Assembly: GCA_964016885.1 (NCBI GenBank)
Contig: OZ024750.1
Span: 9,796,001-9,860,000 of the forward strand
Reading direction: 5' to 3'
DNA: 64,000 bases
From: Eledone cirrhosa
Lineage: Eukaryota
Shown piece by piece: positions 14,641-28,853 of the stretch. Numbering within the stretch: the first letter of the stretch is position 1; every line of letters begins with the position of its first letter. The notes beneath the pieces are model-generated. The model was not told where the DNA came from. It searched no databases and saw only the letters and a list, made by a program, of their open reading frames with translations. Made by a program: the position numbers and the translations under genes.

Positions 14641-15198
14641 TGTTTAATTGTATGCATAATTAAGTAATATATGGTTTTGTTCAGTCATGACAACTTCTGT
14701 AGAGGTGATACCACAATAAAACACATTTAGTATGCTGTGTCAAGTGGTTGGTGTTAGAATGAGCATCCAGCTATAGAAGCTGTGTCCTAAATGAAATGTA
14801 ATACACACACACACTATACTCTGTATCTCTCTCCAGAAGTTATCCATTGTCACTGTCCCAAGTCTTGGTTTATACTTGACTCAAGCTTGCAACTCTGTCA
14901 AAGAGAAGAGGGAGATGTGCCTGACAAAGGGCAGTCACACTTGCCCAGTGTCTAGGAATCTCTCCATGCCATCAACCATACCATGCCAGGTCTTCCATAG
15001 AGTGTTGATAGCAAATGGACTACTGAATCAGAGGAATGTACCACAGATATTGAAAGAACAGACCCTTCAATCTGTTGAAACAAAAACTGGGTCAATGTAT
15101 GACTGTCAGGCAGTAATATATAACTGGCCAGATCTACCTGACCCTTCAAAATTAGTTTCCACTTATCCACCTGGAATTTCATTCTGAACCAGACTTAT

Positions 15199-15407
15199 CC
15201 CTTTAGTATTTACATTACTCTATATTTACTATTATATTTTCACAGTAAAGGCTTTACCGTACATACTTATCTCACATAATATCAAATCTATGAGATTTGA
15301 TATTATTTATTTGAGAACGATACCTTAACATCAGTATGAGTGGCCGGTTTGAACAGAAAGAGGTGAGAGAATTGTGGCCGGACACGGCCGGTTTAAATGC
15401 TAAAGGG
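15199..15407 (-). mobile_element. piggyBac-type MITE family A
   Basis: TIR CCCTTTAG(C/T)ATTTA, TTAT/TTAA flanks; similar to the copies at 28646, 51446 and 59693. Confidence 0.8.
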
Positions 15408-16162
15408 TTAAGAAGAATTCTGGCCTCCATGTTGTTTGACACCATTGTAGTGGTGTTATCTCCATATGCTGATACACCATTCTTATAGCCCAGCACCACC
15501 AGTTTCCATTGCAGTGGCTCAAAAGTCAGTACATGCAGAAGAGATTAGTGAGGGACCCTTGACAGACTGTGCATGGAATTAGAGATTGTTCTAATAGATG
15601 GCTATTTAGCCTGACTTTCGAGCAGATGCTACTGTGCATTGATAGAAGAAACTTAGCCTTATAAATGGACCAAAGTTTACTTCATTAAAGACAGGTACCA
15701 ACTTTGAGTGACCAGGGTCTGTCTCTGCTTTTTTATTTAGTTTGATGATATAAATCACAGATTAGGAGTCTGTGTAGCCAACTTGATAAATATATGGAAA
15801 CTAACAGATATTTTATATAATCCTATGTAGTTCTACATATCCACACTAGAAGATTCAGGAAATCCAGTCTGTACCTGCTCAGACAGTTGGAACTATGAGC
15901 ACATTTTTTAGGCTTTTTATATCCTTTCTTCTATCGGTTAACAACACCCAACGTTCATCTGAAATGACTTTCTTGTCTTGAACTAGGATTAAAGAGCCGG
16001 AGGTTCCTAAGAACATTTCTAGATGTCTGATCAAATCTGTCTGCCTTGGCTTGGTGGAACATAGTCAACCACTCGACTGATGGCATTGCCTTCACAGCTG
16101 CTATTGACTTACAAAGTCAAGGGAGGTCATATGTACCTTGAAATATGAGCTTTTCTGAAACA

Positions 16163-16616
16163 ACACTGCTATCTCACTGTCTGATCTGGACCAACCAACA
16201 ACACAGCTATCTCACTGTCTGATCTGGGCCAACCAACAACACAGCTATCTCACTGTCTGATCTGGACCAACCAACAACACAGCTATCTCACTGTCTGATC
16301 TGGACCAACCAACAACACAGCTATCTCACTGTCTGATCTGGACCAACCAACAACACAGCTATCTCACTGTCTGATCTGGGCCAACCAACAACACAGCTAT
16401 CTCACTGTCTGATCTGGACCAACCAACAACACAGCTATCTCACTGTCTGATCTGGACCAACCAACAACACAGCTATCTCACTGTCTGATCTGGACCAACC
16501 AACAACACAGCTATCTCACTGTCTGATCTGGGCCAACCAACAACACAGCTATCTCACTGTCTGATCTGGACCAACCAACAACACAGCTATCTCACTGTCT
16601 AATCTGGGCCAACCAA
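16163..16616. repeat. 38-bp minisatellite, 12 copies
   Basis: Unit acacagctatctcactgtctgatctgg(a/g)ccaaccaaca, counted at 38-bp spacing. Confidence 0.97.
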
Positions 16617-17683
16617 GAGATTTGTACACCTTTTAGTTATCAAAGATGTGTACATCTATCCCAGAAATCTTGGTTTTATTGATAGCTATCATATTTTGTT
16701 TAGTGGGTTGAGATCATTGAGAAAGCAATATTGATTCCAAATTGAGTCACAGTCAGGTATATTTATACACCCTGTTCTGAGTACAACCATGTTAGTTAGA
16801 GAGCAGTAATGAAAGAGGTCATTCACCTTAGTCTTGTAATTCATTTTTCTCAGTAATGGAGTGGGCTTCCTAAAATATATATGTATATAAGACCAGTTAT
16901 ATTTATACACCCTGTTCTGAGTACATAAAAGGGGTCACTCACCTTAGTCATGTAATTCACTTTTCTGAGTAATGGAGTGGGCTTCCTAAAATATATATGT
17001 ATATATATTACAGTGTGGGGCTGTAAATGTGGTTGGTGTTAGGAAGGGAATCCAACTGAAAAAATCCCTGCCAAATTTACAGTCCTGTCAGAGCAAGGTA
17101 TGACATGGCCAACCCTGGCCAGACTCGTCTCTCGACACAGACGACCCTTCTGACCCATGCAAGCATAGAAAAATGGATGTAAAGCGGTGGTGGTGATAGA
17201 TATTTTTTTCGGAGTCTGTTAGTCTGTCTTTGTTGTAGTGTTTTGTACGTGGTTTCTTTGAAGTGGATATAACAGTCGCTGTGTTTTCTACTAAAGCCAT
17301 AGTTTATTATATAAACCCCAGCATAATCTCAAATCTAACAGACGCACACACACACACATCCGGCAGAGATAAACTAATTAAATATTTGTTCTCTTTATCA
17401 ATAAACCTTTATTGTTGAGGTGTAATGAAAAAAACTGATAATACTCTTTTGAATGTAACATGTGGATATATATATATATAAGAAATTAATGACATTTACA
17501 AGACTAATCATGTTTCCTTTGCTTTAGAATTCATCTGGGAGTATTAGAATAAGAGAAAGTTCTAGGTATATATATGTGTGTGTGACTTTATTGTAATACT
17601 CTCATGTGAAATGAAAGAAACAGGGCTAGTCTTGTAAGAGTTGTTATTTAAATAAATGAATGTATCCTCTTTATTCAGTTTAT

Positions 17684-17900
17684 TGGTCTCGGGTTTAGGC
17701 ACAAGGCCAGCAATTTTGAAGGAGGGGAAAGTCGATTAAATCAAACCATTGTATTACTGGTACTTTATCTTATTGACCTCCATAAGGATGAAAGGCAAAG
17801 CTGACGTCAGTGGGATTTGAATTTAGATTGTAAAGGGGTGTAACCCTATGCCATAAAGCTTGTTGTCCAATGCTCTACTGATACTGCCAATCCACTGCCT
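17684..17900 (-). mobile_element. SINE family 2, diverged
   Basis: ttaggcacaaggccagcaatt...ggatgaaaggcaaag...gatactgccaatccac. Confidence 0.7.
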
Positions 17901-18460
17901 TACTGTATTCAATGTATTGAGCAATTTGTTAAACCAGAATATACAACAATTATATATAGTTATATATATGTGTGTATACATGTGTGTATACATGTTCACT
18001 CAACAGGGTTATCTAATTTCGTCTTAGTGAAGTTTGTTGTTAATAAATCTATAAATAATGGTTTGATCTATGATTCTGATGTGAATGTCCTAAGAAAGTA
18101 ACGGTATGAGAAAATGAGAATTTTAAGATTAAAAACAGTTCTAAGACTTGACTTATAGTCAGAAACAATTAATTATACATGTCTAATTAATTAATAATCA
18201 TCATTACCTCATCATTTCTTCCTAGAATGACATAATCCCACTGCATTCTCTTTCATTCACCATTCTTGCCTTTAAACCTTACTTACTCAACAATTTCTTT
18301 TCATGCCATTTTATTCTTCACTTTCCTCCTCCATCTCTCCTATAAAAAACCCCTTCTTTCATCTTCCATTTGGGGCTGTTGTATGTTTTCTTGTTCCTCG
18401 TTGCAATTTCCTCTTTTCCTATATTTCCTTTCTAGTGTCTGCTCTTCTTACATTCCCTGA

Positions 18461-18670
<210 letters not shown>

Positions 18671-19278
18671 CTCCAAATTTTAACCACTCAACTTCTTTCA
18701 TGATCTTTGCCTTATAATTTAATCATTTTATTCAACTCTTCTTTTTCATTTCAATTTTTACTTTCTCTCTTTTCACTTTACATTACTTCCCTGATTATTA
18801 TTATTATTGTTTTTTTTTATATCCCCCCCCCCCCCGTATTCACTTGTCTTGTTTCTTTCTCCTTATTTTTTCATTCTTCTGCCTCTTCACTCCCATCTAC
18901 CTCTTCTTATTTCTTCTCTACTTCTATTTTTCTCTACTCCCACTCCTCTTACCATCTCAATCCTATTCCGTTCTCTTTCAACACAGAGTAGTAACCTAAT
19001 AATTAAGTAATGCCTTGCCTGCCATTCACTAACTATATGTCTGTCTGTTAGTACTCCTGCTGCTGCTCAGTCTTCTATCAACATTATACAGCCATTTCCA
19101 CCCCAAATATCTCCTTTCAGTTTATACTTACTGGTCTCTGGCATTTTAAGCACTTCCAATCCAGCTTTCTATGTTATCAAGAAAATTTCTTTGGAAGACA
19201 GATTAAAGAAGCTGTTTTGAATTATATTTTTTTAGCTTCTCACATATTATGTGTATGCTTGTGTGAATGTTGTTTGTA

Positions 19279-19309
<31 letters not shown>

Positions 19310-19359
19310 CATCATCATTATCGTTTAATGTCCATCTTCCACGCTAGCATGGGTTAGAC

Positions 19360-19411
<52 letters not shown>

Positions 19412-20928
19412 CATCATCATCATCATTGAATATTGTGTGTGTGTATATATTGCATGTGTATGTATATATGTTTAGAATAGGTACAGCATTTCTGTGTAAT
19501 GAAAAGAGTTGGCACCAGGAAGGGCACCTGGCCATAAAACAATGCCTCAACAAAAACCTCATGTCAAGTATAATTCGGGCAAGGTACAGCCCCAAAGTAC
19601 CCCGTTGAGGTCCCCACCTCCTCTTTTCAAAACTAACGGTCTATAACCCGGTTAAAACAAGGGGGTAGTTGAGTCTATTTATGATAGCCAAGTGTATGAT
19701 GTTCCTTGCGGAGATCAGTATATGAAGTTTGGAACATGGAATGCATGGACGATGACAGGGAGATCAGGCAGGATTAGATATATTGTGTGTGCAGGAGAAA
19801 AGAGAGAAAGGAACTGGTGAGAGGAAGACAAGAACAAAAGTACATGTGTATTTGTCAAAGATGTCCAAATACATGTTTAATTTGTTTTATACAGTCTTTA
19901 TCTGAACTAATGTGTGCTCTGTTGTTCATGTGCACTAACATTGCATATCCAGTGGCATACCCTTACTTCATTACTTTCCAGTTACTGTACATCCTCTGCA
20001 TTCACTATCCATGTTTCTCTACCATGCAACCTCACACCATACACAAACATCATACAATCTGTTCTTTGCTCTGAAAAAGAAAGATTTTGTTGCCAACAGA
20101 GGTAAAATTATCTTGAACTTGTCCTACTCTATTCTTATTCTGGTTACTATGTTTTGGGGAAGCAACACTATCAATTAGATCACATAAGTGACAGAGGCTT
20201 TCAACTAGGTCTAGAGAACCTTTTAAGCATTTAAAGAATTTATTTCATGGCTTTGACTGTTAACTACTGCTGTACATCTGTTACATATAAACTCCTTTCA
20301 GAAGATTTTCGCTTTTATTTTGCCTGTGATATCACTACATATTTTGTACATCCATTGACTTTGGTCATAGTGTATGGAATCCCTACTTTGTATATCGAGC
20401 TGAGTCGGTTCCCAGATGGTAGTACAATTTTGTCTTCTAAAACATCTGTCCATGTTAGCATCTCTAGCAGTTTTACTTCTACATTTGGAATGTCTTGTTA
20501 TAAACATGTATAAATTACTCCTATAATTTTGTCAATATAGAAATCTTAGAATTGTTGCTCCTCATGCCAAGTGGAGTGTAGAACTAAACTAAAATAGCTG
20601 GTCTAATTTACTTGATGTGCATTCATTTAACAATACAATTAATTAGATAATGGATATTTGTGTAGTATACAGCATATCAACACACCATTCAACATTTTGT
20701 CTTCTCTTTCAAGACGAAATGCAGGGCAGGCTGAAGAACTGTGACACAATAACATTAAATTCAGAGTTAAATTTACCCTACAGTTAATGCAGCACAGCTT
20801 GCTTCTATTGTGTTGGTCTTGTCAACCACAAAGGAAGATGTAATTGATGTGGACAGCTCTTATACTGAATTTTCATTCACAGAAAGAAATAAGTCATGAT
20901 AGTGATATATGTGTATGAGTGTATATAT

Positions 20929-21115
20929 CAAGATTAAACCAATATTAAACTAGCTAGACCATTATTCAACAATACTTGATACTTGGGATAATAGGGTGTG
21001 ATATTATTAGAAAGAGTCAGGGCATGACAGCTGAGCTCCTGCCGTTTTAACAGCTAGTTTTAGTCTGGAACTAGTTGTTGAAATGGCAAGAGCTCAGCCA
21101 TCGGGCTCCAGCTCT
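20929..21115 (-). repeat. Hairpin-plus-tail repeat copy
   Basis: Reverse complement of the family. Confidence 0.7.
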
Positions 21116-23748
21116 AACACACACGTGTGTGTGTATTTATGTATCTTTATTTTTTAAATTATTTCATTTCCTTTAAAGGAGTTGATTTCTGACAAACAAA
21201 ACACTATCACTGGAATTTGGATGATAAAAACAATTGAGTGTTATATGTTGGACTTTAGAAATATCTTGCTTATTTTTAATGCTCTGATTACAGATTGTAT
21301 TTGTAAAGCTCATGTACACTACGCTTTGAAACCTCACTATTGTTCTGAAACCTTAGTTGTTTAAGATTGTCACATTGACTACTAACACAGCAAAGTTTAC
21401 TGACAATTATTGGTATAAATGTGAAATTATAATCTAGCTAGAAGTTAAGGGTCAAAACACTTGCTTGAGGGGGTGTCTTCTCTGGAGAAATTCTGCTGTC
21501 CCCAGCTCTTCTGAGAGTTTCTTACCACTGGCTAGGGAAACTGTTCGGTCTTTCTTGCTAACTTTGAAAAAAAATGTTCATGTTTGCAAGACAGCTGACA
21601 TCTATGACTACATACATTTTTCTGTTCTGTTCTGATTATATTTGTTATTATGTTTGTACTTGGAGGTTTTCATGGGAATTTTCCATTCTTTGTTGCATTA
21701 TTACAGATATATTCTCTATATTTATTATGGGGGCAGTTTTTATCAATAGATATTGTATATTGTGTTGGTTACATCATTATATTTAGTTACATTGTTACAT
21801 TCGGTCAGCTACTGAAAAAATGTATATCTTTCACAGATAGGTGACATAATCAACAATTTCAGTTGCATCATAAGGGTTTAAGGGCTTCACTGTCTCTTGT
21901 TCATGAGGTATTTTCTATTTCCTGTTTAATTGCAAAAGTATGACCCTTGAAATATGATGGGTCCATAGTACTATCTCAACATCCACCAATACATATGACA
22001 CAACTAGCTGTGATGTATATAGTACTATCTCAAAGCAATTACCACAAATAATGTGCTCAAGCACCTCGACACTGGAGCATATCATTCTTTATATTCTCAG
22101 CACTTAAAAGTTCGAGAGATTGGCTATGTATATTTTTTTGTTCACTATCACAATATTTTATAACAAGATAGAAGTTGACAGTAACTCTCTTACTTTCTTA
22201 ATGGTAGCTATATTGATGAGGAGCTGTTCACCACAGCCCAAACTAATTCTTTCCTCCTGCCAACTCATAACATTAAAGCTGATAGGATTTAACCACATCT
22301 ATTTCTTGCTTTTTAAGCCCAAATGTTGTCCATGCTGTCAACCAGTCAAGCACATTGGCTTCAAAATCCATTGTTATTCTTAACAAGTTGACAAGAGATT
22401 CCCTGTACAATACAACTTTCCTACTATTAGATCTCTCCCACGGGATTTTTCATTTGGTAGTTTTGCAACAAATGTCAGTTTCACTAGTGATGTTGTATGT
22501 TTTAGGAGCAACATTTAACCATACTGCATTGCGGCTTTGTTTACATTCAAGACCTCAGCCCCACTCCAGATCATTCCAAGGAGAAGTATTTACAAGCTTG
22601 ATAGCCTGGTGTCTATCATGCTGTGATATACCGTTAGTGGGTTTAGTGCAATCCTATGGTTAATTGTCATACATTCATATAATGTTTAGTAACAAAACTT
22701 TTAACTTACCTTTCTTAGTTTGTTTTATGGCAATTAGTTTACCTGTGAACGTTTCTCATTAGCAGTTCCCTTGGATTTTACATTAGTTTGTTGTAAAACT
22801 GTTTCTCATTGGCAGTTCCCTTAGATCTTACATTAGGCTGTTGTGAAATTGTAGTTGTTGTTTCACGAATTTATTATTCAATGATAGTATTCTATTGTCT
22901 GATATATTTTTGGGGATAGTTAAACCATTTAAGTTGTATGCTATTGATTGATCTCTGTTGTCTGTTAGTAAATGGTAATTGGAACGCAGTATGATGCAAC
23001 ATAAGACATTTTTATATTCCAAAACTGAGTTCCAGTTTATGTTGAGTGTTCTTTAGCTACGTGATCAATCATAGACATTGAGTTTGTAGGTTTTTTTATT
23101 GATTTTAACTTATAATTAGCCTTCATTTAGTGACTTGTTAGTTGATGTTTAATGGTTAGGACATTGTTAGGGTCAGTGACTTCCTTGGTTTGTAGTGACC
23201 GGAGGTGCTTCAACATATTGTGTTTGGAAGGACATTGTTAGAGCCTGTGGCTCGGTTTATGGCATTCATGTGGGTATTGGTGAGAACGACGAGAAGTTGC
23301 AAGTGTTAAAGTCTCTAAGGATAATGACTATTAGAGAGGGAGGGGGGAGACTTTGAGTCTGAGTTTGGTGGGGAGTGTGCTTGGACACCACCTTTTGGAG
23401 AGAAACCAGGACATCATAGATAGACTATAGATAAGGGTTAAGAGATTTGTATCTTGGTGAGGAAACATTGATTTATTGCACAATGTTTTTCTGTTTGTTT
23501 TAAAGCAGTATTTTGTCTGTATCATTCATTTTTTAAATTTATTGTTTTAACTCTTACTATCCTGTACCACATGAAACCACATTCGCTAGGCATCCTTGAA
23601 AAGTACAAAACAGCACTAGAACTGCATCACATTAAAAATAAAAGTCTCTACCCTAATATTGCAAATTAACACAATTTTCTATCTAATATTGAAGACACCA
23701 TTAACATTTGAATTAACAAACCTGTTTTTAGGTATGTTCTGTTAAATA

Positions 23749-23930
23749 ATTGTTTCTACTTTAGGCACAAGGCCAGCAATTACCCAGTGCATTACTGGTA
23801 CTTTATTTTATCGACCCCGTAAGGATGAAAGGCAAAGTCAACCTCGGCGGGATTTGAACTCAGATCATAAAGGGACGTAACTATGCTGGAAAGCATGGCG
23901 TCCGACCCTCTACCGATACTGCCAATCCAC
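23749..23930 (-). mobile_element. SINE family 2
   Basis: Reverse-complement match to 734-909. Confidence 0.8.
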
Positions 23931-25727
23931 AATGTTTTGACTTAAGCCAAGTATTGTTTCCTTTAACAAACATAGAAGCTGTGTTAAGCATTATTTTTGT
24001 TTGTTTTCGTAAAAATGTGACTTTTGAGATACATTTAATACAAGAATAGAAACTAGCTATCCCACCACTTTTTCAGTTAAAAACCTGGCACCTAAATAAA
24101 CAATAACAGTTGCCATTTTTGTAACATATACTTCATTGTTGTAATGTAGAATGTTCTAGATAGGAACATTTGACACAACAACAACAATAAAATATTACAT
24201 ATCATAATTAAGAAGCAAGGGGAAATGATAGAGTAGGTGTCCTCGTAGAGTAAGATAAGCCCATTACAGGCACCAGAGGAAAATGATAGAATATCTGTCC
24301 TGGAGTAAGTTAAACCCATTACAGGCACTAGAGGAAAATGATAGAATATTGGTCCTCCTAGAGTAAGTTAAACCCATTACAGGCAAAAATATAAAACTGT
24401 GAAGTGTTTCTGTTGCAATAATAAATTTAATATTTGACCTGTGACCTACGTGACCTAGTTAATATCACAAAATACTGTATAAACAATATAACCAACCTAA
24501 CAATACTGTGGCTAATATGACCTACTTAATATTACAAAATACTGTATGACCTACTTAACATTACAAAATACTGTGTATGACCAACTGTCAGTTTATAATG
24601 CAGGGAAAGCATCATTTCCAACCCAAACCAAACTCTTTTACCTGCTATGTATGTTTGCGAGGATTTGATAAAACAAATATATTGTTCACAAGACATGATA
24701 AAGACAAATGTATAAAAACAGCAGATCTTGAAGATGGGCAATGTGTACTCAAAATGTCAGCTGAAAATCATGAAGAATCAGTGATACATTTAATGATGTT
24801 GATGAATGGAGTAACTGAACGTAATCATGCAATTGGAATATATGTTGAGGTTATATTAGTCATCATCATCACCACGTCCATTTTTCCATACTGGCATGGA
24901 TTAGATGAGATTTTTTTGAGGCAGAATTCTACACCCAGATGCTCTTCCTTATGCTAGTCCTCACTTGTTTTGGAAGTAAGGTACAAATTTATACACATCT
25001 TGTTTCTGAATCGCAGGACGTCTGTATATGCGTGACATAAACAAATGACATCACCTGTGCTACAATATCAAATGCAAAGTGAAGAGACAAACATATATAT
25101 ATACACAATGTGCTACATGTAGTTCCCATTTACCAGAGGTGTTGTGCAGTGAGCTAGCACTTGAAATCATGTGACCCTCTGTAGTTAAGGGTTAAAATAC
25201 ACATTTGAGTGGGGTTTCTTTTTTGAAGACCTTCTACTGTCCAGCTCTCCTGAGAGTTTCTTACTACTGAAGATTATATATTATATCTGTGTGTTAAGTA
25301 GTATACATACACAGAGGTGTTTATTTCTGTGTATATATTATATCTGTATATTTGTGTATATATTGTGTGTGTATGTTTGTTTTAATGTATACATTGTGTT
25401 AAGTAGTATACTCACACAGGTGTAAATATTATATCTGTGAATATTTGTGTGTATATATTATATCTGTATATTTATGTATACATATATATCTGTATATTTG
25501 TGTATTATATCTGTATATTTGTATATATATTATATCTTTATATTTATATATATATTATATATATTTATATTATATGTGTGTGTTAAGTAGTTTACATACA
25601 CAAAGGGTGTATATATTATATCTGTGTGTGTTTTAATGTATATATTATATCTGTGTGTTTTAAGTCAATGATTTTATGTGTAATATGATGATTGTAATCT
25701 AAATTATATTTTCCCCCCTTTTTTTAG

Positions 25728-25804
25728 AGCTGAATATCCAAAGATCTTTTTCATCTTGCCTTAAGTATCAACCGCATTGCAACTATCATTGTATACATCC
25801 TCAG
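25728..25804 (+). other. Candidate non-coding 5'UTR exon
   Basis: Strong pyrimidine tract ttttcccccctttttttag| and donor CAG|gtaaga; 77 nt, no ATG. Confidence 0.5.
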
Positions 25805-27078
25805 GTAAGAATAATTTATATTTTCTCATTTATATACATCTTCAGGTGTGAGGGCACATTACAATTTCTCATTTCTACTTTTGGAGTATGATGTTTTCTC
25901 TTGTCTGTTTTGTAGTGTATATTTATATTTTGGAGGGGGTAGAGGTTGTTTTTTAGTGTATGTGAATTTTGTTATGAAATATGATTTTAATTAAATGTTT
26001 GTAACAGATAGAGGAATGATATTATGTGAGTGTGCATTTGTGTATGTTTTTGATCCTCTGGCATAGCATACTTGTGAATGTGTAGAGCCCTTGTGAGCTC
26101 ACACTGCAGTTCATTAGATTTTCTTAAGCATTCTTTTTTTTTATTTATTTATACATTAGATTCAATTCCAGCACATCACAATATCTTTAATATTGATGTG
26201 ATTTTAGTATAGTGGAGTTTTGATGTAGAAAGTTGCGGAACGTGCTCTCTCTCTCTCTCTCCTAAAATTCAGTTCTATGAGAAGCAAGCAAAGAACAACA
26301 TTTTTGCAGCCAAACTTTGCATACACACTATGCTTAAAATACCATATAACAACAAACAAGCATGAGCCAATGCAACGAGGCCTTGCAAACAAGCTTTGTA
26401 TGAACAAACTTTGAAGAAATGCTTCCTATGAACTACTTTTTAACATGTGACTACACACTATATGACATACTGGATAACAGCAGAGAAAAAGATAAGAGAG
26501 TTAATCTATACAAATTACTATCTTACAGTGAATGGTTGGAAAATCAATTGCGATTGTCTAAAGAGATTTGGTCTTCCTGTCAGAATTAAAAGCTGACACC
26601 ATACTCTAAAGCAATACGTGTCCTGTAGCCAGTACAACAGCAATACACAAGGGTCAGTCATCTTAGTTATTACCCAATCAGATGGTAGGTGTTTGCAGTG
26701 TCTGATCAGAGGTTGTTTAAAAACCAACGTTATTTTAAAATTATCTTGTCAGTGCAGGAAAATATACATTGGTTCAACCAGAAACATGGTTGCACACTAA
26801 TTAGTGAATACAAACGTTATCACAAAACCTCACTACCTAGAACAGTATTCCAGCACAGAACTGACATGTAAATGAAATATAAAAAACACAGGCCTTTGGA
26901 AATACACAAATAGCATATACCTCTGGATTCTGGAAGCATATTTCATTAAGAAACAGGATCTGTCACAGAACTGGAAAAAAGAAACACATATAAATATATT
27001 AAATATCTGAGCATTTAAGGTGTCCAACTCACGGTTGACAATTTATTGAGAAGAACTCCATCTAATGAAGAGTTTTAA

Positions 27079-27295
27079 CCCTTTCATGACCACATTTCTA
27101 ATGAAGTACACTCTATTTTAATTAATTAATGAAGCATTTTGAGGGACTTACTAAAATTATCAACTTTCATTTCTAAGACAGTAACTTAATGTAAGGTTCT
27201 TATGGAAGATTTTTATTTAAATTGGAAACCTTTAAGATGTGTGGTTTTATTTCATAGAACCAGGACTGATTTTGGCCGGGTTGGTAACTAAAGGG
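27079..27295 (+). mobile_element. TTAA-flanked MITE family B
   Basis: TTAA-CCCTTT ... AAAGGG-TTAA; internal tttctaatgaa and catagaaccag shared with 41159, 49948 and a degraded copy at about 6620-6872. Confidence 0.7.
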
Positions 27296-27584
27296 TTAAA
27301 CTGGAAAAAGTTCACAGATAAGAACTGACACTTAAGGCCTCAAGAATACAGTTGGCTGCTATTTTGTTGATTTGTCATTTTTTCTCCTGATCTAAATATC
27401 TATCCATCTCGAACTAACACATACATTGAGACAATCTACTTACATAGCTACCTATCTGTCTAACCATTCATCCTACCAGCCCTCCACACACCACATAGCA
27501 AAATCTGTCTATATTTGAATCTGATATAACTGCAAAGCCATATTCACAACATATGCTAGCAGAGAGAACGGATGTTAAATGATA

Positions 27585-27618
<34 letters not shown>

Positions 27619-27865
27619 ACCAATATGTCGGTGTGTGAGAATTTTGGAGAAATTCAATGTGCCAAAATTTCGTGTATTTTGTGGCGAGGAGGGTTGGGTT
27701 ATTTCATTTAGATAGAATATTCTGGATGACCGGTGAAATATATTTGTGTTAAAAGTATGTGGTCTCTTTAAATTAGTATCTATAAATTTATGTATGTAAG
27801 TTGTTTTTTTTAAATCTCAAATGCATAGAAAGTAATTTAAATCTCAAGTGAATAGAAAGTAATTA

Positions 27866-27927
<62 letters not shown>

Positions 27928-27930
<3 letters not shown>

Positions 27931-28103
27931 GAGTTTGAGTCCGATGGCTGAGCTCTTGCCATTTCAACAGCAAATTCAAAATCGAAATGGCAAGAGCTCA
28001 GCCGTTACAACCCGATTCACTAATATATTGACACTCTACTATCCCAAGTATTGAGTACTCTGCTGAATAATGGTCTTACTAGTTTAAAGCTGGTATAATC
28101 CTG
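27928..28103 (+). repeat. Hairpin-plus-tail repeat copy
   Basis: Flanked by long (TA)n on both sides. Confidence 0.72.
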
Positions 28104-28134
<31 letters not shown>

Positions 28135-28374
28135 CACAGACATACATTTGCATATATACATACAAATGCATGTGTGTGTCTATTTTTATTAGTCTTATGT
28201 GTCAATGCTTTGTTGTAGAAGTAGGTTAATGTTGTGTGTGTGCATATATCCGTGAAAGAATCGGGGCTTCTTTTGGGATTTATTTCAAGAGGTTTTTGCT
28301 ATTATGTTAGTGTCTATTCTATAATGTTAGTGTCTGTTTCGTGCATGCTTACCGAGACATGAAGTGTGTGTATT

Positions 28375-28418
<44 letters not shown>

Positions 28419-28645
28419 CCATTGTACACTACTAACTCCCTGTAATGATTTAGTAGAAAATATTTAGAAATAGATTTGTATATAGTATCTTTCCTAGTAG
28501 AGAAATCTTTATGGAAATTTGAAGTATACTAAAGTAAAGACTTCAATTTTTCATGTGATACTTGGTGCTGTTCTATACTAATGCAGTTTCATGTGGTGCA
28601 GGACATTAAGAGTTAAATATACTCTCTATATATTACATATTTTAA

Positions 28646-28853
28646 CCCTTTAGCATTTACATTACTCTATATTTACTATTGTATTTATTTTTCACGGTAA
28701 ACACTTTTTCACATAATATTGAATCTACGAGATTTTCATATTTATTTTGAGAACAATACCTTAACATAAGTATGATCAGCCAGTTATGGTTGGTTTGAAC
28801 AGAAAGAGGTGAAAGAATTCTGGCTGGAAGTGGCTGGTTTAAATACTAAATGG
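28646..28853 (-). mobile_element. piggyBac-type MITE family A
   Basis: TTAA-CCCTTTAGCATTTA ... TAAATACTAAATGG-TTAA. Confidence 0.8.

Noticed and set aside
16163-16616. CRISPR-like 38-bp repeats
   Set aside because: Head-to-tail copies without spacers
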